A DNA stretch of 43,752 nucleotides. It comes from a virus. Its lineage: Duplodnaviria > Caudoviricetes. The stretch spans positions 1 to 43,752 of the IMG/VR virus record IMGVR_UViG_3300036975_000054, one strand, 5' to 3'. Below the pieces are notes generated by a model. It did not search any database and was not told the origin of the DNA. It worked only from the letters and a program-made list of their open reading frames with translations. Below are positions 22,932-33,034 of this stretch, piece by piece. The position numbers and the translations under genes are program-made. Numbering within the stretch: position 1 is the first letter of the stretch; each line of letters starts with the position of its first letter.

Positions 22932-25465
22932 CTCGGGTTCTCCAATCTCTGGGTCGCAGTCTGGTATGACAGCGACGTATCTCGTTCCTTAGCCAGCGCC
23001 GAGGGCCTGCTCATTGCTGGCTCACTTTGGGTCTCTGGGGTCTGGTAGATTCTCTGGTTAACGGCCATGTTCATCGGCTTGAGCATAGCATGGCCCACTG
23101 AGCCCAGGAAGGGTGACAGGCGCAAGCTCTCTCGCCAGGTGAGTGGGCGTCCGAGATCGGCGATGGCCTCGCTGAGCATCTGCCCGGCGATCATCATCAG
23201 CTGTGGGTGCACTTGCCTGAGTGCTTCTATCTCCTCGGGTGTTGCAACTCCAGACGCGATACGCCGGATGGCTGTTACGGGATCTCCAATGGCGCCCAAG
23301 ACGCGATCCATGCGCGCCAGCACACTGTCTGAATATACGTCTTCGCCAAACTGAGAATGCAGATGACTCACAGTATCTGTTGGGGGCAAGACTGATTGTG
23401 CAAAGCGCACGGCGCGGCCGATGGTCGCGGCCGAGTGTGTGGCAATCTGTGGCGCATCATCAGCAAAGGAGGCCACGGAAGCCGTTACTGCATCGAGTAG
23501 AGCATTTGGATCAGTGGCCAGTCGCGTGATGCTCGCTCGGTACTTGTTGAGGGCCTTCTGTCGGTCCTTCTCCCCGGTCATGCGACTAACGACGTAGCCG
23601 TACGTCAGAGCTCTACGGCTTCCTTTGATGGCCTCCTGTATGGCACCCCTGAACTTCTGGTGGAATCCGTCGACGCGCGTTTGCATAGCACCCAGCGTGC
23701 TCATCTTTTGCAGCTTGCCGTAGGCACGCGCCAGTGGAGGTTTCCAAGCGCCAGCGAACTTCTGAGCGCCTTCGACTGCGAGGAATACAGGCAGTCCAAA
23801 GATGCCCATCTGAGCCATGGCTTTCGGATCTAGCCCGCCCTTGTAAACCATTCGCCAAACAGCAGCATTCGCAGCGTGCCTGCCCGCGCGCTTGGCAGCC
23901 TTCTTGAATACCCCCTCACCCTCGAGAATCTTGCGAATACCCATTTGGTCAGCCAGATCCCGGCTCGCCCGATAGATGCGCTTGTTCAAGCGGTACCCCT
24001 GGAGCAGCTTCTCCCCGCCAACATTTCGCACGAGTTGTTCTTGCTTGTCGGCAAGGAAACGACGCAACTGCAGCTCCACGAAGTCTCTGCCCTTTATCTC
24101 CTGCTTGAACCCTTGCAGGTGTGTGAAGTCGTAGTATTTTGCTCTCTTGCCGGCAGCCCCTTCTCCTTTACGAACGCGGATAACCATTGCTTCCAGATTA
24201 TCCCAGAGCGTAGCTGCATCCTGCCCAGCAATAGCTTCCGGGGCTTCCCTGCGCAGGATAGTCTCAAATTCGGCCGCCAGCTCCCCTCTCGAGAAATACG
24301 GCTTGAGCTTGCTGATCCGTGGCGTGGGAGTGAATTCAGGCTCCACCCTGTACTTCATCTGGGCGGTCACTGGCCTTCTTCCGACTCCGGTTTCTGCCTC
24401 GGTGAACGCTTTCCTGGCCGCTGCTTCTCCGGGCTCGTAGACTTCCTGGAATCTGGTATAGCCAGGTGTCGTCAACTCGCGTTCACTGAGACGAAACTCC
24501 TTGGCGGCTCGACGCATGTAGGACTTCAAGCCTTCAATTTCCTGGCCAGCTCCCTGCCAAGCCATCGCCAAGCGCTCGGCGGCCTCGCCCACATCCTTGA
24601 CTCCCTGGGTCAAGACGGGCTGCATGACATCTTCTCCGACATCAACAGCCGGAGCTTCCATCAGGAGCCAGCGGATATCCTCCATGAGCCGTCCACCTTT
24701 ACGTGCAACCAGCTTGCCCGCTTTCGTCTCAGAGACTCCCATCTCTTTGAGGACACGCAGTACCGCAGCATACTGCTCACTTTCCACAGCAGCGCGCTTG
24801 GAGATGCGATCGGCGATCTTTCCCTTCACTGCCCCACCGAGACCTCCAATGGCACCGACTGCCCCTCCTAGCAATCCGCCAAACGCCGTTCCCTCCAGGG
24901 CCCCGGCAACTACGAGCTCTCCAACCCTCTCTGGGTCCCCAAGGGCAGCTTCACTGAGTCCGGCGCCGGCCCCAAAAATACTGCCCTCCACGCCTCCCCT
25001 GGCGGCTTCTCCGGCGATTTTGGCGGCTGTACGGCCCCATACCCCAGGCTTGGTGAAAGCGCGCAGCACAGTGCCCTCAGCGCTTGCTGCAGCTCTGGAT
25101 CCGATACTGGACGCCAATCCCGCAGGAGTAGGCACCTTTTTGGTAAGTAGCGTACCACCGATCATCCCACCGATTTCGGACAAAAGCGCGGTTCCTGGGT
25201 TTGCCTGCCTCAGGTTGGTGAGGACCTGTCGAACGCCCTCGCCCTGGCCTGCTAGAAGGGCATCTGAGGCACCAAGGGAAGCTCCCTTCGCTACACCGGT
25301 GAGGCCTGTGAGCAGCTGGCCCCTGAGGCCACCGTACTGCTCCTGGACTAGATCGTCGTGCGTGAATGGGGTGTAGCCGCTCTCGTACGCCGAACGCAGT
25401 TGGTCCTCAGTCAGTTCCAGCCTGACTATCTTTCCGGTGGGATCCTTGAACAGCCCAGTTGCCAT
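22928..25465 (-). CDS. Large internal virion / DNA ejection protein
   Basis: 845 aa; Gly/Ala-rich amphipathic N-terminus, helical; podovirus ejection-gene position. Confidence 0.65.
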   Translation of the reverse strand: MATGLFKDPTGKIVRLELTEDQLRSAYESGYTPFTHDDLVQEQYGGLRGQLLTGLTGVAKGASLGASDALLAGQGEGVRQVLTNLRQANPGTALLSEIGGMIGGTLLTKKVPTPAGLASSIGSRAAASAEGTVLRAFTKPGVWGRTAAKIAGEAARGGVEGSIFGAGAGLSEAALGDPERVGELVVAGALEGTAFGGLLGGAVGAIGGLGGAVKGKIADRISKRAAVESEQYAAVLRVLKEMGVSETKAGKLVARKGGRLMEDIRWLLMEAPAVDVGEDVMQPVLTQGVKDVGEAAERLAMAWQGAGQEIEGLKSYMRRAAKEFRLSERELTTPGYTRFQEVYEPGEAAARKAFTEAETGVGRRPVTAQMKYRVEPEFTPTPRISKLKPYFSRGELAAEFETILRREAPEAIAGQDAATLWDNLEAMVIRVRKGEGAAGKRAKYYDFTHLQGFKQEIKGRDFVELQLRRFLADKQEQLVRNVGGEKLLQGYRLNKRIYRASRDLADQMGIRKILEGEGVFKKAAKRAGRHAANAAVWRMVYKGGLDPKAMAQMGIFGLPVFLAVEGAQKFAGAWKPPLARAYGKLQKMSTLGAMQTRVDGFHQKFRGAIQEAIKGSRRALTYGYVVSRMTGEKDRQKALNKYRASITRLATDPNALLDAVTASVASFADDAPQIATHSAATIGRAVRFAQSVLPPTDTVSHLHSQFGEDVYSDSVLARMDRVLGAIGDPVTAIRRIASGVATPEEIEALRQVHPQLMMIAGQMLSEAIADLGRPLTWRESLRLSPFLGSVGHAMLKPMNMAVNQRIYQTPETQSEPAMSRPSALAKERDTSLSYQTATQRLENPR

Positions 25466-25471
25466 GCTTGA

Positions 25472-27169
25472 TCACCAGGACCCTTGTGGCCCCTGAGACT
25501 CAACCCCCTTCATCCATTCACCGAAGCTCAACTTGTCGGGATCCTTCAGATACTCTTCGGGGGTCATACCATAAGTATTAGCAAATTCGGCATAATGCCT
25601 ACTAACATCATACCCAGACCGCATGTGAGACACGATCTCAGAGGCCATTTTCTGGACACCTTCTTTCTCTAGCTCACGGAGCAGGCGCTTCCCCAATTTG
25701 GCTGAGCTCGTCGGGTTTGGCATCCTCTCTAGGTTCATCTGCACGTCGATGTCCGATGGGCGAGCCCCTTGTTCAGCTCTGGCCAAACGCTGCGCTAGGC
25801 CCTTCTTCTTCGCCTCGTAAACTTTGGCCTCGGTCTCGGCGAATGGAACAACTCCAGCCCCGACGTAAGCTTCTCCACCTATGTTGGAGAAAAGCTTTCT
25901 TGCTTCGTCGATGGTGGCCTTGAATGCTCCTGCGCTACCCATCCGTTCAGCCATCGCTGGGGGTAGTGGCCTTCCTCCAACACTGGGAGCCTGACTGGCC
26001 CGCATGGTGGCCCACCCGCGGCGTGCGACATCTGCGGCACTCTCTGCCTGTATACGTGACCCTAGTGCATCGGCTTCCAACTTCAGCTTGTGCTGCTTGA
26101 GCGCAAACTCGTTCTCGTTCTGTTTCATGACGAGAGCGGTACGCAATCCCTGGGCTTGCAGCATTTTCTCCTGAGTCGCCGATGTGCCCTCTATTTGCTG
26201 CAGCTTCATATCCAAGGCGGCCATGATCTCGCGGCGCTGCAGGAGCTTGCCCTCGATCTCGTCTTCCCCCATTTGTCGCACCCGGTCCATGTACTCCATC
26301 TGGCGTGACCAGCGCTCCCCAAGGGCCCGGCGTTTGGCAGCGCGCTCTTCCTGCTCGCGGCCTACATCGCTCTCAGCGATATTCAAGACCATGTCCAGGG
26401 CCTGATTAGGTCCTCCAGTGAACATAGAGCCAAGCCCCCCGAAGATGATGCCGAGAGCTGCCATGACCTTTGGTCCAGTCTCGCCGAAGCGACCAAGGGG
26501 ATCGATCTCACCTGGCTGCATCTCGTCGTATTCTTGCTGCAACTGAGCGAGCTTCTCCTGCTGAGCCGCCATCTTGGCCTGGGCGCCCTCGATGATGTCA
26601 CCAATGGCAGCTTCCTGACCTATCTGTTGGGCAGCGGCTTGCACAGCGGCGTTGGAAGCTTCCTGGACCATTGCCTGCCGCCACAATCGTTCCTCTGCCC
26701 GGGCAGCAACGTCTTCCTCGGCCGCGCGTTGGAATTCCTGATAGGACTCGGCGGCCTGTTCGTACTCTCCCGGCAGCTGCCCCATTCGCTGCCCGAGCCT
26801 CGAGATACGACCGGCAGCACCTCCACCGGCCATTAGGTGCTGGGGGAGCGCCACTGGGGTAGGACCCTCAGTGGGAGTAGTCTCCTCCCCGGAGCTTGGG
26901 AGCCTGGTCACTTCTGTCGGAACGCCCTGACCGGCCTCCTCGCCCATCCTCTGCAGTTCCTGAGCGATGATGGACGTGGACGGTTTCCCACTGACAACGC
27001 CAGGCAAAATCACGTTTTCGCGTTCTGCTCGGGCCAACATCTCCGCTGGCTGGCCCCCTTCCCTGGCAGCTAGAGCTTGCATGTATGCTTCTGGAGTGAG
27101 CTCCTCCAGGGATGTTGGCGCAATCGGTACTACGGCTCCAGACTGGACTGTCCTACGCTTTTTAGCCAT
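25472..27169 (-). CDS. Internal virion / ejection protein
   Basis: 565 aa; Q/A/E coiled coil with a central hydrophobic segment (AALGIIFGGLG). Confidence 0.6.
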   Translation of the reverse strand: MAKKRRTVQSGAVVPIAPTSLEELTPEAYMQALAAREGGQPAEMLARAERENVILPGVVSGKPSTSIIAQELQRMGEEAGQGVPTEVTRLPSSGEETTPTEGPTPVALPQHLMAGGGAAGRISRLGQRMGQLPGEYEQAAESYQEFQRAAEEDVAARAEERLWRQAMVQEASNAAVQAAAQQIGQEAAIGDIIEGAQAKMAAQQEKLAQLQQEYDEMQPGEIDPLGRFGETGPKVMAALGIIFGGLGSMFTGGPNQALDMVLNIAESDVGREQEERAAKRRALGERWSRQMEYMDRVRQMGEDEIEGKLLQRREIMAALDMKLQQIEGTSATQEKMLQAQGLRTALVMKQNENEFALKQHKLKLEADALGSRIQAESAADVARRGWATMRASQAPSVGGRPLPPAMAERMGSAGAFKATIDEARKLFSNIGGEAYVGAGVVPFAETEAKVYEAKKKGLAQRLARAEQGARPSDIDVQMNLERMPNPTSSAKLGKRLLRELEKEGVQKMASEIVSHMRSGYDVSRHYAEFANTYGMTPEEYLKDPDKLSFGEWMKGVESQGPQGSW

Positions 27170-27386
27170 GGCTAGATTTCCTGAACGTGGTGATCGCTGC
27201 CAATTCCTGTGGTGTCAAATCATGCATCACCCACGATAACTCGCTATCCACCTTCGCTGCCTTCAGGATCTCCTCCTGTAGGATGTTGGCTTTGATGTCA
27301 CCTTTGGGCTTCAGCTTCCCAAGTGCACTGCGCAAATGAGGCATGTACATGTCCAGCAAAGCTTTCCTGGCGGCTTCTTTACCCAT
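27162..27386 (-). CDS. Hypothetical protein
   Basis: Tightly packed between the ejection-like genes. Confidence 0.55.
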   Translation of the reverse strand: MGKEAARKALLDMYMPHLRSALGKLKPKGDIKANILQEEILKAAKVDSELSWVMHDLTPQELAAITTFRKSSHG

Positions 27387-27387
27387 C

Positions 27388-28116
27388 TCATGCTCCAGGG
27401 ATCGGCACGTTGATCGACTGCATGCTGCTTGGGAGGCTAGTCATAGAGGGCACCCCTCTGCCTCCACCGCCCCCAGCTGCCAGCGCGCCGATGCCGGTAG
27501 CCATCGTGCCCAGCCCCTGGAACATGTTCCCGATGTTTGCAGCTCTGGTCTGTCCAGGAATGTTGGCTCCTCGCTGTGATCCCATCGCTGTCGCGTAGTT
27601 CTGGGCAGCGATCCCTTCTAGGCCAAGAGATCCCTGCAGACGTTGCGCGAGAAGTGCCAAGAACTGCTGGCGCGCGGCTTCCTGCTCCTGAGCTCGGAGA
27701 ATGCCCATCTGACGGGCCATCTCTGTTCCGGCTGTAGATGCTTGTTGCATGCCTTGGCGCTGGGCAAATGCTTGGTTCGATCCACTCGAGCCGGCGACGT
27801 TGCTGGCAATCTGCCCACGGATGTCCTCGAGCCCGCCTTGGAGCATCATCTGAGCCGGCGAGGGGGCCATCCCCTGCATCTGCCCCATGAGCATCTGGGT
27901 CAGGTAGTCCTGCCCACCGGTGATGTTGGGATCCATGAACGACCCGACACCCATAGTGGTCCCAGGAGCGGTCACGTACTGCTTGGCCCCTAGCTTGCTC
28001 TGTTTGTACGAACCATAACCCTTCTCGCCGGCCTTTCTGCCAGCGATGGCCGATCCGATGCTTCCTGCGGCGCCTATGGCGGCTGGTACTGCGAGTGCTG
28101 CTACTGGCAAGGGCAT
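27388..28116 (-). CDS. Small ejection (pilot-like) protein
   Basis: G/A/Q/M-rich with hydrophobic ends; follows the nozzle gene. Confidence 0.6.
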   Translation of the reverse strand: MPLPVAALAVPAAIGAAGSIGSAIAGRKAGEKGYGSYKQSKLGAKQYVTAPGTTMGVGSFMDPNITGGQDYLTQMLMGQMQGMAPSPAQMMLQGGLEDIRGQIASNVAGSSGSNQAFAQRQGMQQASTAGTEMARQMGILRAQEQEAARQQFLALLAQRLQGSLGLEGIAAQNYATAMGSQRGANIPGQTRAANIGNMFQGLGTMATGIGALAAGGGGGRGVPSMTSLPSSMQSINVPIPGA

Positions 28117-28125
28117 GAAATCACC

Positions 28126-31100
28126 TCATAAAGTCTTTGCACCCTTGAGTGGGTACTTGCTCTTCAATTGTACCATGAGACTGATGCCATAGAGAATGGC
28201 ATCCGGGGCCCCCTCGAATCCGTAGGAGATCTTCACTCGGAAGGCACTTGCCTTCTGTCTGGCCGGCTTCATCCGTAGGACATAAGGCTCGTCGGATGCT
28301 GTCCACAACTTCGAGAAGCTCTCACTAGTCCCATCATCATACTGCAACTCGACAGTAATCGTCTCATACCCACCGGTCCCCACGTACTCTCCCAGTACAT
28401 AGAGCCACTTCAGGCGCATGAAGCCGTTGAGTCGTCCAGGGCGTATCCATCCGGTGAGAACCTCCAGGTCACCTTCCCTGCCACCACCGTCCTGGACCAC
28501 TGTTGAATACTGGATGTTGAAGCTTTCCTCTACCCTGCTGACCACCAGGTACCTATTCCAGGTACATAGGTCAGTCTGATGAAGAGTCCAGGAGCCTGGC
28601 GTTATGTAGTTGACCCAATTACCAGTCTCTCTGTGCCAGATGAATGTGCCAGCTGTAGTCGCCAAGCATAGGTATGGCTTCGTTGGGTGCTCGATGAATC
28701 TCCCAAACGAGGCCCCTTCGATGGACCTCTGAATCCGGCTGCCGATACGTTTGATGGCAAATCCTCGGTCTATGTTCCATGGGACACTGTCAGACCCTAC
28801 GAAGGCTATCCCTCCTGACCAGGTATGTGCATGTGTCTCAGCCAGCGCTCCAACTGCGCTGCTCATCTCCACCGGGCCGACGAAGTCCCCGATCCCGATG
28901 TTTGAGGGACCATCACCATAGAGACGGAAGATCCCCGACTCTGCGAACACGCACAGTTGACCTCCCATCGATGCCAGGGTCTGAGGCTTACCAGAGGCGC
29001 TGGGGAGAATCTTCCATGCCGCGTCGTTGAACTGCACTCCACGGTCTTCCACGTGTGTTTTTGAATAGCGGATCTTCCCTTCATGGTCACAGATCACCAG
29101 GCGGTTCTCGTGCTCTGTTACTGCATGACAAGCTGGTGGAGCAATGTGATCGACTTCGTTGTTGCTCGTGTACAACACACGCTGCTTTATCAGGTCAGTA
29201 TCACTCAGCCCCAATGTCCAGCTCCCACCAACAAACGCCATAGAAACCCCAGGTGCGTTTGCAGCTCGCTGCTCAAGGTAGAAGGTATCTCCACCGGCAA
29301 CGGTACGGTAGAAGTTCACGTACACGTTATCTTTATGCGTGAGCTCTAATGGGACTATTAGCACGTCGACTTTCTGTCCAGCAGTTACCCCGGTAGCTTC
29401 GGCAATGTCCGAGGGTGCAGACTCGTAGCGACGACCCAAACTGTCATACCATTCGTAGGTAGCCCTGAATTTGTAGTCTCCATTGGATAGCTTATGTCCA
29501 CTCCCGCTGCCAGCCACTGTGGTACCGATTCCAGGGAAGTAATGGAAGCCATGCTCAACGACTTGCACGCCGTCAAAGTCCCACAACTGCCCACCGGCAA
29601 TCACCGTCGTGTTGTGCACTTGGATGATGTTGCCAAGCTTCTCTATGTCAGCCTCCCCCACACTCAACCCCCAGACATCGTAATTGCCTGCGTGCGATCT
29701 AGAAATGTAACGTCTACCAGAGTACACCAATGCGCTATAGTCCGTTCCGGCTCCCGGACTGACATCCTTGCGCGGGACGAAGAATTTGAAGCTCCCTGGT
29801 GAATCCTCAGATGCTGGTATTACTGCTACCGGGCGCGTCAACCATTCATCGTGGCCTCGTCCAATATAGAACCGACCAACGATGTCGAGCTCTCCATCGC
29901 CACCGCTATGCCGAGCCACAAAGTAACACTCGTTGGCAACCTGCTCCGTTTTCCCCAGGAAGAAGATGTCATTGTCGTTGTCGTCAACGTTATTGTACAA
30001 ATGTACTGGCTGAGAGAGAATCGTCAGCGCACCACAGATTTCTTCCGGGGTGCTTATGCCACCGTTCTGATAGATGAGGCTGTTCCACAATGGGTTTGAG
30101 ACCGCCAATGATGGAGCCCCGCTGAGACCCTCGATGTAGTTCCAGTACATGAGCATACTGGCAGTGGTTCTCTCCGTGAAAGTTATTGCCCCTAGTCCAG
30201 CTACTGCTCCATGGTCTTTCACTAATGCGTCCGCCAGTGAGACTGAGACAGAGACTGGACCCAATTCCAGTACGAGCCTGCGGACCTGATATACTCCACC
30301 AATAAGATCCCCCCAACCGCAGTAGATCTTCTCCGTAGAGCCCCCGATATACACACTTCCGAGCCCAATGCTTTGCACAGTCCCAGACACAGTGATCGGG
30401 CTACCAGTGTACTCATTGCCCAGTCGGTCAAACACTCGAATCTTCAGGTCGCTAGCTGTGTCTTTATAGGCCACAGCGAACTGATCGATTAATAAATCAT
30501 GCATCCGAATCGCTTGGATATGTTTCGGGGCTGTGGCAATGATGTCCCCAGCGACCAAAACTCCATCCGACCCACTGCCGTATGGATTGCTCAGATTCAA
30601 GAGGCGCATGCGCAGGTCGTTGGAGGTATCCAACGAGTAGAGAATGGCGACGTAGTTGGCAGCCTCCACAGGGATCACAGCTGCCCATGGTGCCACAGTC
30701 CCAGTGCTGGCAATGGCAGTTGGTCCCTGAACGACCCGATAGTCCTCTTTGTCCAGCACGTAGAAATAGGCACCCACCGTCACGACGTAGTAATTACCCT
30801 GGACAGCTACGTCGACATATCTATCGTCTGGGCTATTCTCTTGAGTGGAAACGCCGGAGATATCTTCCGTCGTCAGTCTCATCCCACAGAAGCGATCAGA
30901 CACTGTCCTTATGCGTGGGTATGACCCTGATTGTTCGTAGATGTCGATCCTGTCCGGGAGGGCTCGGAGTAGCTTCTTGCCGTGGGAGAATGGCCGGACG
31001 AAACCGCGGGCCTCCTGCACGGCATTGCCGAAGTTGGTGTTCAAGCCTGTCCGGCTGTGCAGCTTCCCGATCTCGTCTATGTCCGCCTCTTTCAGATCGG

Positions 31101-31188
31101 ACAAACGCCCATCGATTGGCAATATCTTCTCGGCGATCTCCTGGTCAATTCCCCCAGTGAATGGGATGTCAATGGTTTCGACTGGCAT
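28126..31188 (-). CDS. Tail nozzle / tail tubular protein B-like
   Basis: ~1020 aa, beta-rich; N-terminal PFTGGID; YEWYD...ESAPS; TGW near the C-terminus; GGAGG RBS before ATG 31188. Confidence 0.7.
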   Translation of the reverse strand: MPVETIDIPFTGGIDQEIAEKILPIDGRLSDLKEADIDEIGKLHSRTGLNTNFGNAVQEARGFVRPFSHGKKLLRALPDRIDIYEQSGSYPRIRTVSDRFCGMRLTTEDISGVSTQENSPDDRYVDVAVQGNYYVVTVGAYFYVLDKEDYRVVQGPTAIASTGTVAPWAAVIPVEAANYVAILYSLDTSNDLRMRLLNLSNPYGSGSDGVLVAGDIIATAPKHIQAIRMHDLLIDQFAVAYKDTASDLKIRVFDRLGNEYTGSPITVSGTVQSIGLGSVYIGGSTEKIYCGWGDLIGGVYQVRRLVLELGPVSVSVSLADALVKDHGAVAGLGAITFTERTTASMLMYWNYIEGLSGAPSLAVSNPLWNSLIYQNGGISTPEEICGALTILSQPVHLYNNVDDNDNDIFFLGKTEQVANECYFVARHSGGDGELDIVGRFYIGRGHDEWLTRPVAVIPASEDSPGSFKFFVPRKDVSPGAGTDYSALVYSGRRYISRSHAGNYDVWGLSVGEADIEKLGNIIQVHNTTVIAGGQLWDFDGVQVVEHGFHYFPGIGTTVAGSGSGHKLSNGDYKFRATYEWYDSLGRRYESAPSDIAEATGVTAGQKVDVLIVPLELTHKDNVYVNFYRTVAGGDTFYLEQRAANAPGVSMAFVGGSWTLGLSDTDLIKQRVLYTSNNEVDHIAPPACHAVTEHENRLVICDHEGKIRYSKTHVEDRGVQFNDAAWKILPSASGKPQTLASMGGQLCVFAESGIFRLYGDGPSNIGIGDFVGPVEMSSAVGALAETHAHTWSGGIAFVGSDSVPWNIDRGFAIKRIGSRIQRSIEGASFGRFIEHPTKPYLCLATTAGTFIWHRETGNWVNYITPGSWTLHQTDLCTWNRYLVVSRVEESFNIQYSTVVQDGGGREGDLEVLTGWIRPGRLNGFMRLKWLYVLGEYVGTGGYETITVELQYDDGTSESFSKLWTASDEPYVLRMKPARQKASAFRVKISYGFEGAPDAILYGISLMVQLKSKYPLKGAKTL

Positions 31189-31189
31189 A

Positions 31190-31735
31190 TCAGGGTCTCC
31201 TCCACTCAGCTGAGAAGTTGGCATGTACCATGGTGAGGTTCACTGCACCGGATAGACTACGAGCGAATAGTTCCAGAGCATCTCCGGCATTTACCCGGAT
31301 TGGCCCACCAAGACAGCATGAACCTCGGTCCCCGGTCCCCCCAGACGAGACGAAGTGACTACCGGTGAGCTCTACATCTTGAGCTTGCCCATCACTACGA
31401 AATACCCCAAGGTCTACTGTCCTCAAAGAAGCACTCAGAGCTATAGAGGTGAAGACGTTGATGAAGTACACACCAGGCTTTTTGATGACCAGCCGGTTGC
31501 CAGCCACATCTGGGGTGACCCCATCGCTGTCACTAGCCTCCTCGAATGTGTTGACCTTGACCCAACTAGAGCTCAGAGCGATGGCTGTGGAGTTATCGTA
31601 GACCCAGATCCCTCCTCCGGGGGCGGACTGGTTGATCTCAGTAGTGAAGCGCTCCAAGTTCTCTTGTAGAACCCTGAGTTGCTCCTCTACGGAATCCCCA
31701 GAGGCCCGTTGGAATCTGGCAACGATAGTGGACAC
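31190..31735 (-). CDS. Tail-associated protein with C1q/BclA-like beta domain
   Basis: Short N-terminal helix, then IKKPGVYFI...VNAGDALELF. Confidence 0.55.
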   Translation of the reverse strand: MSTIVARFQRASGDSVEEQLRVLQENLERFTTEINQSAPGGGIWVYDNSTAIALSSSWVKVNTFEEASDSDGVTPDVAGNRLVIKKPGVYFINVFTSIALSASLRTVDLGVFRSDGQAQDVELTGSHFVSSGGTGDRGSCCLGGPIRVNAGDALELFARSLSGAVNLTMVHANFSAEWRRP

Positions 31736-31736
31736 A

Positions 31737-32168
31737 TCAGTAACCGATGTACCACCGCATGATCGTGGTGGTCGCCGTGTTGGCCGTGTGAGTGAGTGCT
31801 GTGGTTTTGGTCACGTCCGGCAACACGACTGTCTTCCCCGGATACACCCGGACTATGTTGTCGTTGGCCCCATTCGCGGCTGAGCGGAAGGTGGTGTCTA
31901 CGTAGTTGGCGTTCTCGATTGGATTGTGGATGATCACAGCGTCCAGCGCCGTCAACCCACTCAGATCGTCACTGAGCCCCCCGGTGGTAGCTGCCAAATC
32001 CGATTCCACCATCCTCGTGCGCGCCCCCGCGGCGAGCTTGTAATCCAACAACCAATCCGGCAAGTCCCACTTGAGTGGGTACGCCCCGGCGTCCTTCGAG
32101 TCCTCGACAGTCGGGTCAAACTCCAACTGTACTCTGACAGCAACCTGTTTTCCTTCCATGCTCGGCAT
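31737..32168 (-). CDS. Virion structural protein (hypothetical)
   Basis: AGGAG RBS; position in the structural operon. Confidence 0.6.
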   Translation of the reverse strand: MPSMEGKQVAVRVQLEFDPTVEDSKDAGAYPLKWDLPDWLLDYKLAAGARTRMVESDLAATTGGLSDDLSGLTALDAVIIHNPIENANYVDTTFRSAANGANDNIVRVYPGKTVVLPDVTKTTALTHTANTATTTIMRWYIGY

Positions 32169-32177
32169 GATGTCTCC

Positions 32178-32882
32178 TTAGAAGCCCCAGGGCTCGATCT
32201 GTGAAAAGTGGATGTTCTCCCCCAGTATCCTATAACGGAAAGTGCCTTGCACGCGATCTGAATCCAACCCGGCATAGCTCCAACGGTTGGAGTAGTCTGC
32301 GACTGAATTCCCCTCATATGTGCGCTGCTCGGCTAGGTCCCTGATGCGCTGAGCCTCTTGAGCCTTCTGCGCCATCACGAGTTGTGCAGCCTCGAATGAC
32401 TCCTCGCGCTGTAGCAAATGAGCTGCGGTGTGTAAGACAATGAGGCGCTCCCACCCTATGGGCAGCGAGGGAATTTTGTCCGAGACTTTATCAGTGGTTG
32501 CATTCGTGAACAGTGATAGCTCCGGGACGTAGAACAGCTTCACAGTCCCGGAGTCTATCGGGGTGACCTTGTAGCCATCCAACTCAGACAGCTCGAAATG
32601 ATCCATCAGGTACCGTCGTTCGCTGCGATGTAGGAACACCTGAATGGCCTTCTGGAAATCTGTTGGTAACGAGTAGGACTCGGTTCCTGACACGATACTG
32701 ATCTCCGAGCTCTCTTTGGTCACATAGTCTTCGTGACTCTCCACGAGGATCTCGTAAAGCTCGCTGAGCCCCTCATTTTGGATGTCGAGCTGCCTGGTGG
32801 CGTCTGGGAACCCAGAGCCAGTCATGTCGGCAAGGTCCAACGAGCGGGCCCACATAGTAGCTGTGGTAACATCATTCGGCAT
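32178..32882 (-). CDS. Head-tail adaptor (tail tubular A-like)
   Basis: LADM...NEGLSELY...YSLPTDF pattern; size and position. Confidence 0.7.
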   Translation of the reverse strand: MPNDVTTATMWARSLDLADMTGSGFPDATRQLDIQNEGLSELYEILVESHEDYVTKESSEISIVSGTESYSLPTDFQKAIQVFLHRSERRYLMDHFELSELDGYKVTPIDSGTVKLFYVPELSLFTNATTDKVSDKIPSLPIGWERLIVLHTAAHLLQREESFEAAQLVMAQKAQEAQRIRDLAEQRTYEGNSVADYSNRWSYAGLDSDRVQGTFRYRILGENIHFSQIEPWGF

Positions 32883-32897
32883 GACTGGCTCCTCAGG

Positions 32898-33023
32898 TTA
32901 CTTGCGCATGGACTTGCGGGATCTCATGATGGTCCGCAAGATCGCCGGGCTCCTGGGCTTCTTCGGCTTCTTCTTGGCTGGTTTGGCTCGCAGCTGCTTC
33001 ACGTTCCTGACGATCTTAGGCAT
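32898..33023 (-). CDS. Very basic 41-aa protein
   Basis: AAGGAG RBS; MPKIVRNVKQLRAKPAKKKPKKPRSPAILRTIMRSRKSMRK*; fills the gap between genes. Confidence 0.65.
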   Translation of the reverse strand: MPKIVRNVKQLRAKPAKKKPKKPRSPAILRTIMRSRKSMRK

Positions 33024-33034
33024 GTTTGCTCTCC

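Noticed and set aside
23876-25376. Long + strand ORFs (331 aa and 259 aa) opposite the ejection gene
   Set aside because: Antisense shadows of a GC-rich coding gene; no RBS or motif noticed.
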